DNA from: Thermoplasmata archaeon
Lineage (GTDB): Archaea > Thermoplasmatota > Thermoplasmata > Thermoplasmatales > Thermoplasmataceae
Direction: 5' to 3'
Assembly (NCBI GenBank): GCA_021831925.1
Contig: JAKBLT010000001.1
Location: forward strand, 4,137-68,136
Length of the DNA: 64,000 nt
The position numbers were made by a program, and so were the translations under genes. Each line of letters begins with the position of its first letter. Position 1 is the first letter of the stretch. The notes beneath the pieces were generated by a model. The model saw only the letters and a list, made by a program, of their open reading frames with translations. It ran no database searches and had not been told where the DNA came from. This document shows, piece by piece, positions 11,701 through 20,298 of the stretch.

Positions 11701-11884
11701 GCAATATGCTTTCTGGTTCAAGGATGTGGGGTTTGGTGTTGAGAACTACGGTACGGACCCGACCATCAGGCTGGACAACGCGCCTGGAGATTATCTCAAG
11801 AACAGGGATCCACAGCTTGAAAAAGCGGGTCAGATTGCACTGAAACTAGCTGAGAAGGCAATGAAGGTGCCAACTAAAGGTTAG
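8756..11884 (+). CDS. tri: Tricorn protease (beta-propeller / PDZ / C-terminal serine peptidase)
   Basis: About 1040 aa. The N-terminus MAYLLYPDIFRNKVAFTSEDNLWIYD...PRFSPDGKKIAF resembles the Thermoplasma tricorn N-terminus. Repeated SPDG propeller blades, a PDZ region (GDELLAINGHKV) and a C-terminal peptidase region (GSDGDIFSH) are present. A T-rich TATA-like box lies about 26 nt upstream of ATG 8756; the 37 codons upstream in the ORF track are probably not translated. Confidence 0.92.
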   Translation: MAYLLYPDIFRNKVAFTSEDNLWIYDRSDKSCRLVLSNFGTITHPRFSPDGKKIAFRCTKGSDTPVSEVYVISEDSSELKRITYFVTGMTDVVCWKDNQRLVVISDEGSPFTRETISYLFDTEDLSYEPMNLGPASAIIYSDHGTFLVRGLQDLNYWKHYKGGLRGKVYFDSGNKGDYKLFLQIDYTVDSPVYLKNRLYFLTDTDGTSNVYSVNLDGKDMKQHTKFSDFYLRNLRGDGSLLIFQKGGEIFLLDPKNDKVEKCAITPPLTNNLKERRFIENDKFIEMFQISPNGQDSAFVIRGQAFRMHPKAGPVEKINADLKGRTRLVNFSPDGKSVYFVNDASGEDEIYVSGIEGKVKKILGNFGTLEGLFPSPDGRKLALSNNRNQFGILDVKTGIFDFVDENKFGIIEEATWHPSGNYVAISYPGNGSLSHIEIVNAKTGKKTTATSQGSIDYSPSFDSTGKYLYYLSERALDPVYDKIVFDLGFPKAAKPHLITLDKKEPDPVWARQMDERTDEDGKFVSDIDLADLTNRSSELPVNVEEYHRIVGLSDSALLLKFPIEGVMKQQNSGPRSDGSLVHFDLKTGKEKTIFTKISDFKVSKDGKKIMIRWENHFTVENLSSALKNHVTSGDSKEEKDGRTEIDLKRIKCDILPAEEWRQMFFETWRLMRENYWKEEKISKFWDKVRKKYLPLVDMVSSRYEMSDLLKEMQGETGTSHSYERGGEIYRSSYPKIGKLGCSFKYSNGKYLFDQIYCGDPSNIPERSPLLASGVDIKTGDELLAINGHKVGKDYPPGKALEDLSGTVITLETRRGSKMLKQPVKSLGSELNLIYRNWVENNRKFVRQKFGDKVGYIHIPDMMAKGFSEFHRQYIFEWDKPSIIVDVRFNGGGHVSHLLLEKLSRRLIGFDLPRRGPASHYPLYAVRGGIVAVTNEFAGSDGDIFSHSFKLMGLGELIGERTWGGVIGINPRRQLVDRTMITQPQYAFWFKDVGFGVENYGTDPTIRLDNAPGDYLKNRDPQLEKAGQIALKLAEKAMKVPTKG

Positions 11885-12105
11885 GATCTGGCGTCCAGCT
11901 GCTTCTATTTTGGGTATTTAACTAAGTAGATCCGATTCAATCAATTTAATACAAACACTCTGTGATAAAATACTACTATATTGGTTTCTTCCCTTTTCTT
12001 TGATCATCACCTCTCTCTTTAACTTTTCTGGTTGTCTTTGTATGTTCTACTATTCACCGCTGTGCGGTATTCTGACTTACATTTACAGGGATACTGGAGT
12101 AAGTC

Positions 12106-12754
12106 TTAATTGGGCTGCATTGCAATATGAATTTGCTCAGCTCCGGTCTCGTCTATCATAATGGCATATTCCACGCTGCGTTTGAGCATGTCTTATATCA
12201 TACGCAGCTGATGTCTTGCAGCTGCGATCTTTGCCTTGTTTGATCCAGAACGGATAGATATCCTCCTGTAAGCTTCCGTTATCTCAGAGTAAGGGCATGT
12301 ACAGATATGTGACTGCACACAATCCACCAATATATATTTCAGGAAACCGTTTCCCTTTGTTATGTAACCCTTTCTTCTGTGTCTGGATCGATATATCCTT
12401 GGAACTAGACTGGCATATGAGAATATGTTAACATACCTTGGCAATCTCTCAACGTCGCCTATTTCTACAGCCATTGAAAGAGCGCCGAACTTATCTATAC
12501 CTGGTATTGTATCAATGATCTTCGCATATTCGTTGTCCTTCATGGAATTCGAGATTTTTGTGTACAGATCAAATATCTGCCGGTTCAGGTTACTGGTGTC
12601 ATTGACGAATATTCCGAACAGGCGATTACATATCCACAAAAGATCTGAATTCTTCCTTCGTGGTAGGTATGTAGCCTTCGTTTGTTATCCCACCGTCTCT
12701 CTCAACTATACCATATGTACGTTACTTCCCAACATCTGTAGCTATACTATACAT
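12106..12754 (-). pseudogene. IS110-family transposase relic (internally deleted, with several in-frame stops)
   Basis: The C-terminal IS110 signature IDTIPGIDKFGALSMAVEIGDVERL..FSYASLVP is present. The same frame continues after the TAA at 12193-12195 (DMLKRSVEY...). An N-terminal piece, MYSIATDVGK*RTYGIVERDGGITNEGYIPTTKEEFRSF, lies at 12754-12640 and contains a stop. The middle roughly 150 aa of a normal DEDD domain are absent. Confidence 0.75.
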
Positions 12755-13167
12755 GCATATCACACTCGCAAGTGCTGCAGAAAGTCAGATAATGCTGCCG
12801 CATCTCAGTAGGGAAGAAATCCATCATCTCAGTCTTAATTGAAAGATAGGAAACCCCCTCAGGCACAAAATACTATTACCATGTTCCTTGAAAAAAAGAT
12901 GGCTGTATTCAATATTCCAATCAGTTGACTTAAATCCATTCAAGATTGAATTACATAATTACGGGAATGCCTGCACTATCATATTCAAGAGGATACTTTT
13001 AATTTGTATATTTCTGTGTCCATTGACAGGACATTACACTGTACTTGCAAATGAAAATTGTTTTCGGCAATAAGATGAATTACCAGACTTAAGCATAGTA
13101 GAATAGGAGCACAATGCTGATTTTCCGAACTTTTAAATACATTATTTCTTTATACTATAGCCTTAAC

Positions 13168-14157
13168 ATGAATGTATACCTCATTACTAGGAAAATAATA
13201 CAGGCAGCGGTGGTTTTACTTTTTGCTGTAGTGATTTTGTATGTCCTGCTTCGCCTAATGCCAGGTAATCCTGCGGAACTATTCATACACTCACTGCATC
13301 ATCCTACTCAATCGGAAATCGCTGGCATATACAAAGAATATGGGATCAATCCTAACAATAAATTCGCTCTTAGTGAGTTTCTTATTTACATGAGGGACAT
13401 GTTTACATTCAACTTTGGGGTCAGTTTCTCAAACATAAATGATACGGTCGCTTCTCTGATAGCTTTCAGCTTGCCGTACACCCTGATAATATTTGGGGTA
13501 GCAGCCGTTCTTTCCTTCGTAATTGGTATACCAGGCGGAATTCTAACTGCATTTATCAGAGGAAAGAAATCTGAGTCAGTTGTAGTCACAGTATCCACAA
13601 TATTTAATGCAATTCCTTTTTTTGCTATGGCCATAGTTGTTTTTCTGGTCTTTGCTGTCTACTATCCGATTTTCCCTTTGCAGGTCTCCGAGTATCGTCT
13701 CACTCCATTATTCATGCATCCCAGTTTGTACCTTGTGGGTGAAATGTTCTACTATTTTGCAATGCCGATAATTACATTGGTGTTCATCGGTGCAATGGGG
13801 CATTTGTTAACAATGAGGAGCATAATGGTTTCAGTGTTGGGGGAGGATTTCATCGTTACCGCAAGAGCTAAAGGGGTAAAAGAAACAAATGTCATGTTTA
13901 GGCATGCGGGCAGGAATGCAATGGTTCCAGAATCAACTAGAATGGCACTTGAATTCGCATTTTTAATGGGAGGGGCCGTTGTAACAGAAATAATTTTTGG
14001 TGTTCCAGGCATGGGGCGACTCCTATACACTAGTACTTTGGACGAGAATTACCCTGTCATTCAGGCTGCGTTATTCATATTGGCTATAGTTACAATCATC
14101 GCGTATTCTATGGTTGACTATATCCATTCATGGCTGGATCCAAGGGTGAGGGTTTGA
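13168..14157 (+). CDS. ABC transporter permease, peptide/nickel (DppB/OppB) type
   Basis: Six hydrophobic helices. EAA-loop motif ARAKGVKETNVMFRHAGRNAMVPE. TATA-like TTTTAAAT at 13131-13138. ATG 13168 preferred over the ORF-track start at 13114. Confidence 0.88.
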   Translation: MNVYLITRKIIQAAVVLLFAVVILYVLLRLMPGNPAELFIHSLHHPTQSEIAGIYKEYGINPNNKFALSEFLIYMRDMFTFNFGVSFSNINDTVASLIAFSLPYTLIIFGVAAVLSFVIGIPGGILTAFIRGKKSESVVVTVSTIFNAIPFFAMAIVVFLVFAVYYPIFPLQVSEYRLTPLFMHPSLYLVGEMFYYFAMPIITLVFIGAMGHLLTMRSIMVSVLGEDFIVTARAKGVKETNVMFRHAGRNAMVPESTRMALEFAFLMGGAVVTEIIFGVPGMGRLLYTSTLDENYPVIQAALFILAIVTIIAYSMVDYIHSWLDPRVRV

Positions 14158-16343
14158 TGGAAAGTAATTCCCTTTTGGTTAGGAATTTAAAGTTTACCAT
14201 TGCCAATTTGAGGAAACAGTGGAAAGTTTTCTACAAAAGCCCATTTGGAAAGGTTGGATTTTACCTATTGGTAGGATTCATAGTAATCACTCTAATTTCT
14301 CCGTTGTTGGCGCACGGAAATCCATTCGCCTCAATACCAGCAGAGGATTATTTTACTGCATCTATAGAATACAATCATCATTTGCCAGATAAAATTTCCT
14401 CAAGTTCATTCTCGCTAACGCAAAGCCAATCGGACGAAAGCAACACTATAGGTACATATTACTTATTTAGCGTTGGCTTCGAAAAGGGTGGGTTGGGTGT
14501 ACTCGCTATATCCACAAAAAATGGTTCAGAGCAAAAATTGTTTCCTATAGATGGAATACCGTACAACGTGTCTTCGTTTAGTGCTTTCGATCTTGCCGGC
14601 CTGGCGGAAACATATGTGACAGTGGCTACACAAAAGACCATTTATGTGGATCACGTCATCTGTACCTTTGACTCGTCAACTGATACTTCATCGATATCAA
14701 GCGCGCCAGTGGAAATGGTAAATGCCACAAGCAACTCTACAATAACAATGCAGGATTACCCCAGCGCCAAGGATTATTCCACATCAGCTCCGTCAGGTTC
14801 AGTTGGACAGTACTTTACTGACTGTCTAGGTTTCCCGAATGTATACATATACGCTGTAACTTCGAATTCTACTGGTCATTACCTCAACGAGTACTGTGCT
14901 TTTAACCTACACCTTATGTGGAGTAAAAAATTGAATTACGTACCAACTTCAATGCAGTTTTATGGCCAATGTTTTATTGGAAATCTCTATAATGAACATT
15001 CTTTGATATTCGCATTTGGGTCGAACACGTATAGTGCATTCTATATAAATGGAACTCCTGCATTTAGCCACAAGTTTACAAATTCTATATCCCAATATGT
15101 GCTTCCGCAATATTATCAATATGATTATGTTTCCAGCAATTTTATGTTCATCTCATCTGGTCGAACTGTATATGAGCTTTCACTATCCTCTGGGTCACTA
15201 TCTACAGTTTTCAATTCGATCAACCCCATATCTGCTATGGGCTCGAGCTCTGGCTCTAACGGATTCCCTGGAACTTTTATTGTTTCTTCTGGTACCAATA
15301 TATTGGTATTAGGACAGACAAAAAATTCAAGCCAACTTGTCATTGTTAACAACATCTCTCTGCCTTTTTCAATTAACTTTATTGAATTCTATGGAAGTAG
15401 CGAGTTTCTCATGGGAAACACGACTTTGGGTAATATGCTATTTATGATACAACCTGCGAGTAAATACCCTTTTCTTTGGCATTCATCAGTTGGCAAACCT
15501 ATCTCCGATCCCATACTTTTTAACAATCCGTGGAAATTTAGTGGAAGTATTGAATATGCCCCGAATATAGCTTTCATTGACGGAGAGAATTTTACCATGT
15601 ATGGCCTTGGAGGGACTCCCCTTAATCCTATGCCACCAACTTTTCACACCCTATCTGGTCAGGGACTTCCTCTAGGAACAAACCAAGCCGGCAATAGCGT
15701 CTGGACAATTTTTATCGATAGCTTTCCAACGGATCTTGAAGTGGGATTTGCAGCTGGAATTTTCACTGTGGTCATATCAGTCCTCTTCTCAATGGTTATT
15801 GGTTATTATCGCGGCATATTGAGTTCACTGGGCGAAACATTCGCTTTAGCAGTCTTTTTGATTCCTGGATTGCCATTGTTTATAGTTCTTGCAACTGTGT
15901 TGGGGCCATCGCTTGTTAACCTGATCGTAATATTCTCCATATTGGGCTGGCCATTTGCCGCGTTTACACTTATAGGTATTGTAAGAAGCATAAAAGCCAG
16001 AACTTTTGTAGATTCAGCGGTAGTCTCTAATATTAGCACACTCGGTATACTCAGAAGGCATGTTCTACCAAACATGGCCCCGTTGCTAGTATATTTGACA
16101 GCAATCAACATCGGCGGCTCTGTTGCTGCTGTTTCTACCTTTGAGATATTAGGTTTAGCGCCCCTTAATATACCAACCTGGGGGGGTATGCTTAACGGTT
16201 TCCTTGGAGATTATTTCAGCATTGGGCTCTTTCCATGGATACTGATACCGGCCCTTACTGCACTTACATTGTTCATTTTATGTTTCATCTTCATCGCCCG
16301 CGGGCTTGATGAAGTTGCAAACCCAAGAGTGAGGTCACGATAA
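14157..16343 (+). CDS. ABC transporter permease (DppC/OppC type) with a roughly 480-aa extracytoplasmic insertion after TM1
   Basis: ATGA overlap with the upstream permease stop. The C-terminal roughly 200 aa are a typical OppC core (VSNISTLGILRRHVLPNMAPLLV). Between TM1 (FYLLVGFIVITLISPLL) and the core lies a long Ser/Thr/Asn-rich, beta-strand-looking segment with several N-x-S/T sequons. Confidence 0.85.
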   Translation: MESNSLLVRNLKFTIANLRKQWKVFYKSPFGKVGFYLLVGFIVITLISPLLAHGNPFASIPAEDYFTASIEYNHHLPDKISSSSFSLTQSQSDESNTIGTYYLFSVGFEKGGLGVLAISTKNGSEQKLFPIDGIPYNVSSFSAFDLAGLAETYVTVATQKTIYVDHVICTFDSSTDTSSISSAPVEMVNATSNSTITMQDYPSAKDYSTSAPSGSVGQYFTDCLGFPNVYIYAVTSNSTGHYLNEYCAFNLHLMWSKKLNYVPTSMQFYGQCFIGNLYNEHSLIFAFGSNTYSAFYINGTPAFSHKFTNSISQYVLPQYYQYDYVSSNFMFISSGRTVYELSLSSGSLSTVFNSINPISAMGSSSGSNGFPGTFIVSSGTNILVLGQTKNSSQLVIVNNISLPFSINFIEFYGSSEFLMGNTTLGNMLFMIQPASKYPFLWHSSVGKPISDPILFNNPWKFSGSIEYAPNIAFIDGENFTMYGLGGTPLNPMPPTFHTLSGQGLPLGTNQAGNSVWTIFIDSFPTDLEVGFAAGIFTVVISVLFSMVIGYYRGILSSLGETFALAVFLIPGLPLFIVLATVLGPSLVNLIVIFSILGWPFAAFTLIGIVRSIKARTFVDSAVVSNISTLGILRRHVLPNMAPLLVYLTAINIGGSVAAVSTFEILGLAPLNIPTWGGMLNGFLGDYFSIGLFPWILIPALTALTLFILCFIFIARGLDEVANPRVRSR

Positions 16344-16345
16344 AC

Positions 16346-18466
16346 ATGTTAATCGAGGAAACTAACCAAATTTCTAAGGAGTTACTGAGTGTTAAGAATT
16401 TGTCGGTTGAATTTGATACTTATTCCGGCAGAGTAAAGGCTCTAACAGACATAAATCTCAGCTTGAAAACTGGTGAAATACTAGGGATACTCGGAGAGTC
16501 TGGTTCGGGCAAGAGCACCCTTGCGCTCGCAATTATGGCTCTACTTCCAGACAATGCACATATTACCGGGTCACTCAGCTTTTCTGGTATGCCTTATACG
16601 GAGGAAACTACTAAAAGAAGCCGTAGGGCGCGAAAGATACTTGACCAGAAGCTTCGGAATATAAGATGGGAACACATATCTATGATATTCCAAGGTGCCA
16701 TGAATGCTTTTAATCCGGTTTATACGATAGGAAAACAACTTAGGGAAGTTTTTATTCTTCACACACAGTTATCCAAAGACGAGATCGAAAGGAAAATAGA
16801 TGAAGTTTTAATGAGCGCCGGTCTAACTCCAAATGTGAAGAAATCATATCCGCATGAGCTTTCTGGTGGTATGAAGCAGAGGGCCATGATAGCAATGGCT
16901 CTTGCTCTTGACCCTGAAATCGTGATTGCAGATGAGCCTACCACCGGACTTGACGTAATAACCCAAGCTGAAATTATCACGCAGTTAAAGACACTAATGA
17001 AAAATGGACGAATAAAATCAATGATTATCATCTCTCATGATATCGGGGTTGTAGCACAGCTGGCAGATCACATGATGATACTCTATGCCAGCCAGATAAT
17101 GGAATTCGGCACTACCAGAGACATATACCTGAATTCCAAGAATCCTTATACAATTGAGCTCTTAAAAAGTTACCCGAGCATCAGAAATTCCAAGAATCAT
17201 GTTGAAGGTATACCTGGAAGATTGCCAGATCCAACAAACCTTCCAGAGGGTTGCAAATTTGCAGAGCGGTGCTATTTAGCTTCTAATATCTGTATATCCC
17301 AGCCTCCTCCTGTGGTTTATCTGGACGAAGAACATTACAGTCTCTGCCACTTCGCAAAAGATATTAAAGAAAACGAAAGAAGAGATACAAAGAAAACCGT
17401 TAGACTGGATTACGAGAATACAAATGATAATTGTCTAGAGGTTGTCGAACTTACAAAATATTTTGATCTTAAGAAATCTTTTATTGGGTCCATTTACGGT
17501 GAGGAAGGACTAAAGGTTCACGCTGTGGACCATGTGACATTCAACCTAAGGAGAGGGCAAATACTAGGACTAGTTGGTGAATCAGGCTCTGGAAAAAGCA
17601 CACTTGCTAAGTTGCTCATAGGTATCTTGCAACCAACCTCCGGGAAGATTTATTATTATCCAGAGGGAGAAGAAAGAATAGACTTGTCGTTAAAGAAAAG
17701 AGACCACCATGAGTACATGAAATTTGCCAGCAAGAGACAGATGATTTTCCAGGATTCATACGATTCTTTAAATCCAAAGATGAGTGTACTTTCCATAGTG
17801 TCTGAGCCCTTAGCCGGGCATAAGATGGCTGGGGACAAAGGTAAGATGTTAAGTATGGTCAAAGAAGCTCTCGTGAGTTCAAATCTATCCCCACCTGAAA
17901 AATATCTGGATAGATATCCGCATGAATTATCCGGAGGTGAGAGGCAGAGGGTCGCTATGGCTCGATCGATTGTTCTGCATTCTGATTTTATTATAACAGA
18001 CGAACCAACATCAATGCTAGACATTTCACTCAGGGCTTCTTTCATGAATCTTCTGGACGATATCAGGCACAAGGAAAAGATTTCTGTGCTGTACATATCG
18101 CATGATATTGCCTCGGTCTATTACCTATCGGATTACATTCTCGTGATATATCTTGGGGTTATGGTTGAGATCGGAAGTGCTGATGATATTATCTCAAATC
18201 CCCATCATCCATACACCAAGGCACTAATTAAATCGGTACCAGACCCAAATCCGAACTGGAAACCTGAGAACATAGGTATTATAGGAGAGATCGGAAATTC
18301 AATTAACGTACCAAAGGGATGTAGATTTTATGATAGGTGCGTATTCAGCAAAGATATATGTAAAGATACACCACCACCTATCAAAACAACCGGTGGGAAC
18401 CACCTTTACCTCTGTCATTTTGAACAGGAAGATCTGGTCATGAATCAAGATTTGGGAAAGGATTAA
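16346..18466 (+). CDS. Fused tandem ABC ATPase (DppD-DppF-like, two nucleotide-binding domains)
   Basis: Two Walker A motifs (GESGSGKST twice) and two signature motifs (LSGGMKQR, LSGGERQR). Both halves carry Cys-containing oligopeptide-type C-terminal extensions. Confidence 0.92.
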   Translation: MLIEETNQISKELLSVKNLSVEFDTYSGRVKALTDINLSLKTGEILGILGESGSGKSTLALAIMALLPDNAHITGSLSFSGMPYTEETTKRSRRARKILDQKLRNIRWEHISMIFQGAMNAFNPVYTIGKQLREVFILHTQLSKDEIERKIDEVLMSAGLTPNVKKSYPHELSGGMKQRAMIAMALALDPEIVIADEPTTGLDVITQAEIITQLKTLMKNGRIKSMIIISHDIGVVAQLADHMMILYASQIMEFGTTRDIYLNSKNPYTIELLKSYPSIRNSKNHVEGIPGRLPDPTNLPEGCKFAERCYLASNICISQPPPVVYLDEEHYSLCHFAKDIKENERRDTKKTVRLDYENTNDNCLEVVELTKYFDLKKSFIGSIYGEEGLKVHAVDHVTFNLRRGQILGLVGESGSGKSTLAKLLIGILQPTSGKIYYYPEGEERIDLSLKKRDHHEYMKFASKRQMIFQDSYDSLNPKMSVLSIVSEPLAGHKMAGDKGKMLSMVKEALVSSNLSPPEKYLDRYPHELSGGERQRVAMARSIVLHSDFIITDEPTSMLDISLRASFMNLLDDIRHKEKISVLYISHDIASVYYLSDYILVIYLGVMVEIGSADDIISNPHHPYTKALIKSVPDPNPNWKPENIGIIGEIGNSINVPKGCRFYDRCVFSKDICKDTPPPIKTTGGNHLYLCHFEQEDLVMNQDLGKD

Positions 18467-18813
18467 TGAACGAGGTAAATCAGGCCAGGCTTAAGTTTGT
18501 AATTGTATTATCTCTAATTCTATCCGGATTGGTTTTCATTCCTCTTCCATTTTATTTCCTCCACCTTTTTAATTACTTTGGAACTATGCCACTTATTATT
18601 TTCATATCTGCTTTCTTTGTTTTTTTTACTGGGGCGTGGTGGGACTTTGGCGCAAGAAATTATGTTGGTACTCTAATGGCGCAGAAAATTGCCCTGACTG
18701 AGGAAAGAGTTAGGGCAATTCACAGGCAGCAATTAATTCTCACTCTGATTTTCTTGCTTATGGGGTCTTTTTACATCCTGGTTTCACTGGTTATCCAGAT
18801 GATAGGGGGTTAG
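18466..18813 (+). CDS. Small three-helix membrane protein of unknown function, translationally coupled to the ABC ATPase
   Basis: TAATG stop/start overlap at 18464-18468. Three hydrophobic segments. No motif recognised. Confidence 0.55.
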   Translation: MNEVNQARLKFVIVLSLILSGLVFIPLPFYFLHLFNYFGTMPLIIFISAFFVFFTGAWWDFGARNYVGTLMAQKIALTEERVRAIHRQQLILTLIFLLMGSFYILVSLVIQMIGG

Positions 18814-19761
18814 CTTAATCGAGACTGTCTCACTGCTATAGGTAACATAGCCATAAGAATAAATTAAGTCTGTTCCAATAATAGAACATGACAGCCATAA
18901 GAGATACCTTGTCAACAGGACCTGCCTCTGATAGATCCTTCATTCCTATGGGCTGCAACGTCCGTCTTCACAGGACGCAAAATGCGTTCATAACATTGAC
19001 AGAAAGTTGATGGTGCTGACAAGGATTCCAATTAGGTCAATTGAGGAAGTTTCCAGAATATTTTCAAAGGTCACTGGCATCAACGCAGCTTACTACATAA
19101 CCATATTTCCGCGGTTCCTAGAAATTATACCTTAAATTCACGATTCTCGGCGATAAACTGTAGGAAGTACCATTGATAATACTGCCATCAGGTTTACAAT
19201 ACGTGTGCAGTAACCGGATATAAAACTGAAGAGAGCAGGAAGAGGGCTATGCGAGAGTTATGCAGTCGTGTCGATACATGATTTGTCTGTGGTCTCCTTT
19301 CTCATCACTGTTGATCATGTTTACGATACCAAGGAGAGGAAGAAGATACTGGGGAACCACAGACCAGGATCAATGTAATATTGGGTAACAAACGTTAAGA
19401 CTCCATGGCCATACACAATAATAATAATCAGATATAATGCCCCCTCCAAAAGCAGGATAGTCAGACTTGTCCGCAGAACAGGTGACGGGGAGTAAAGGAA
19501 TATTTTTGTTTCGGAAAGAGGTGTATTGTTGGAATATATTTATCGTGTTCGAAATGAAATCCATGACAAGTGATAAATGCTACGAGTCCTGATTACATAG
19601 CGGACGAAATTGCACTTAAGCTTCAATATTACTAAATACTCAGGTAGATCACTCTCGCCTATTGAATTGTGAAAATCATCTGGATTTTTGTATAACGAGT
19701 GATTCCTCAATATATAATTTTGAGCAGGTCCAATATTTTGGTGAGTCTCCGATGCGGGTCT

Positions 19762-19787
19762 CAATAATATTAATTACAATATTATTG
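19762..19787. repeat. AT-rich perfect inverted repeat (10-bp arms, 6-nt spacer)
   Basis: CAATAATATT-aattac-AATATTATTG, read directly from the sequence inside the ORF-poor tract. Confidence 0.9.
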
Positions 19788-20298
19788 CAATAATAGAAAG
19801 AAGATTGCAGAGAAACCCTGGAGATGATTATGGGAATATGAGGTCATGGAGACAGAGGCGACACAGCAGCAACGCCTGCAAAAAAATGCTGGTTCCGAAA
19901 TGCCGGATCTGGGTGGAGCATTCTGTTTGAAAGAGCGCTGACAAAGAACGTGCCTCATTCCGGTTACGCGAGAGAAAAATTCTCTTGTTTCAGCGAGAAT
20001 TATCCGACGAACTATTTGGACAGAATGACGCAGAGAAATCCCATGAGAAAGCTCATTGTGGGTAAAAGTCACATGATAACATATCTGGAGCACAGCAGTG
20101 TTAAAACCGAAGGATTATTGATATAATGGAAAGGTAGAGAGAATTCAACATTGCCACCTCAGGAATCCTGTAAGAACGTTCAAGAGAAGCAGGATCAAAG
20201 GTACTGAGCCTATTTAATTATCATTCAGTATCCAAGAATCTGCAATACGCTTTATATTGTCTAAAGATTTAAATAACATAATTTCAATACCGCCTGCA

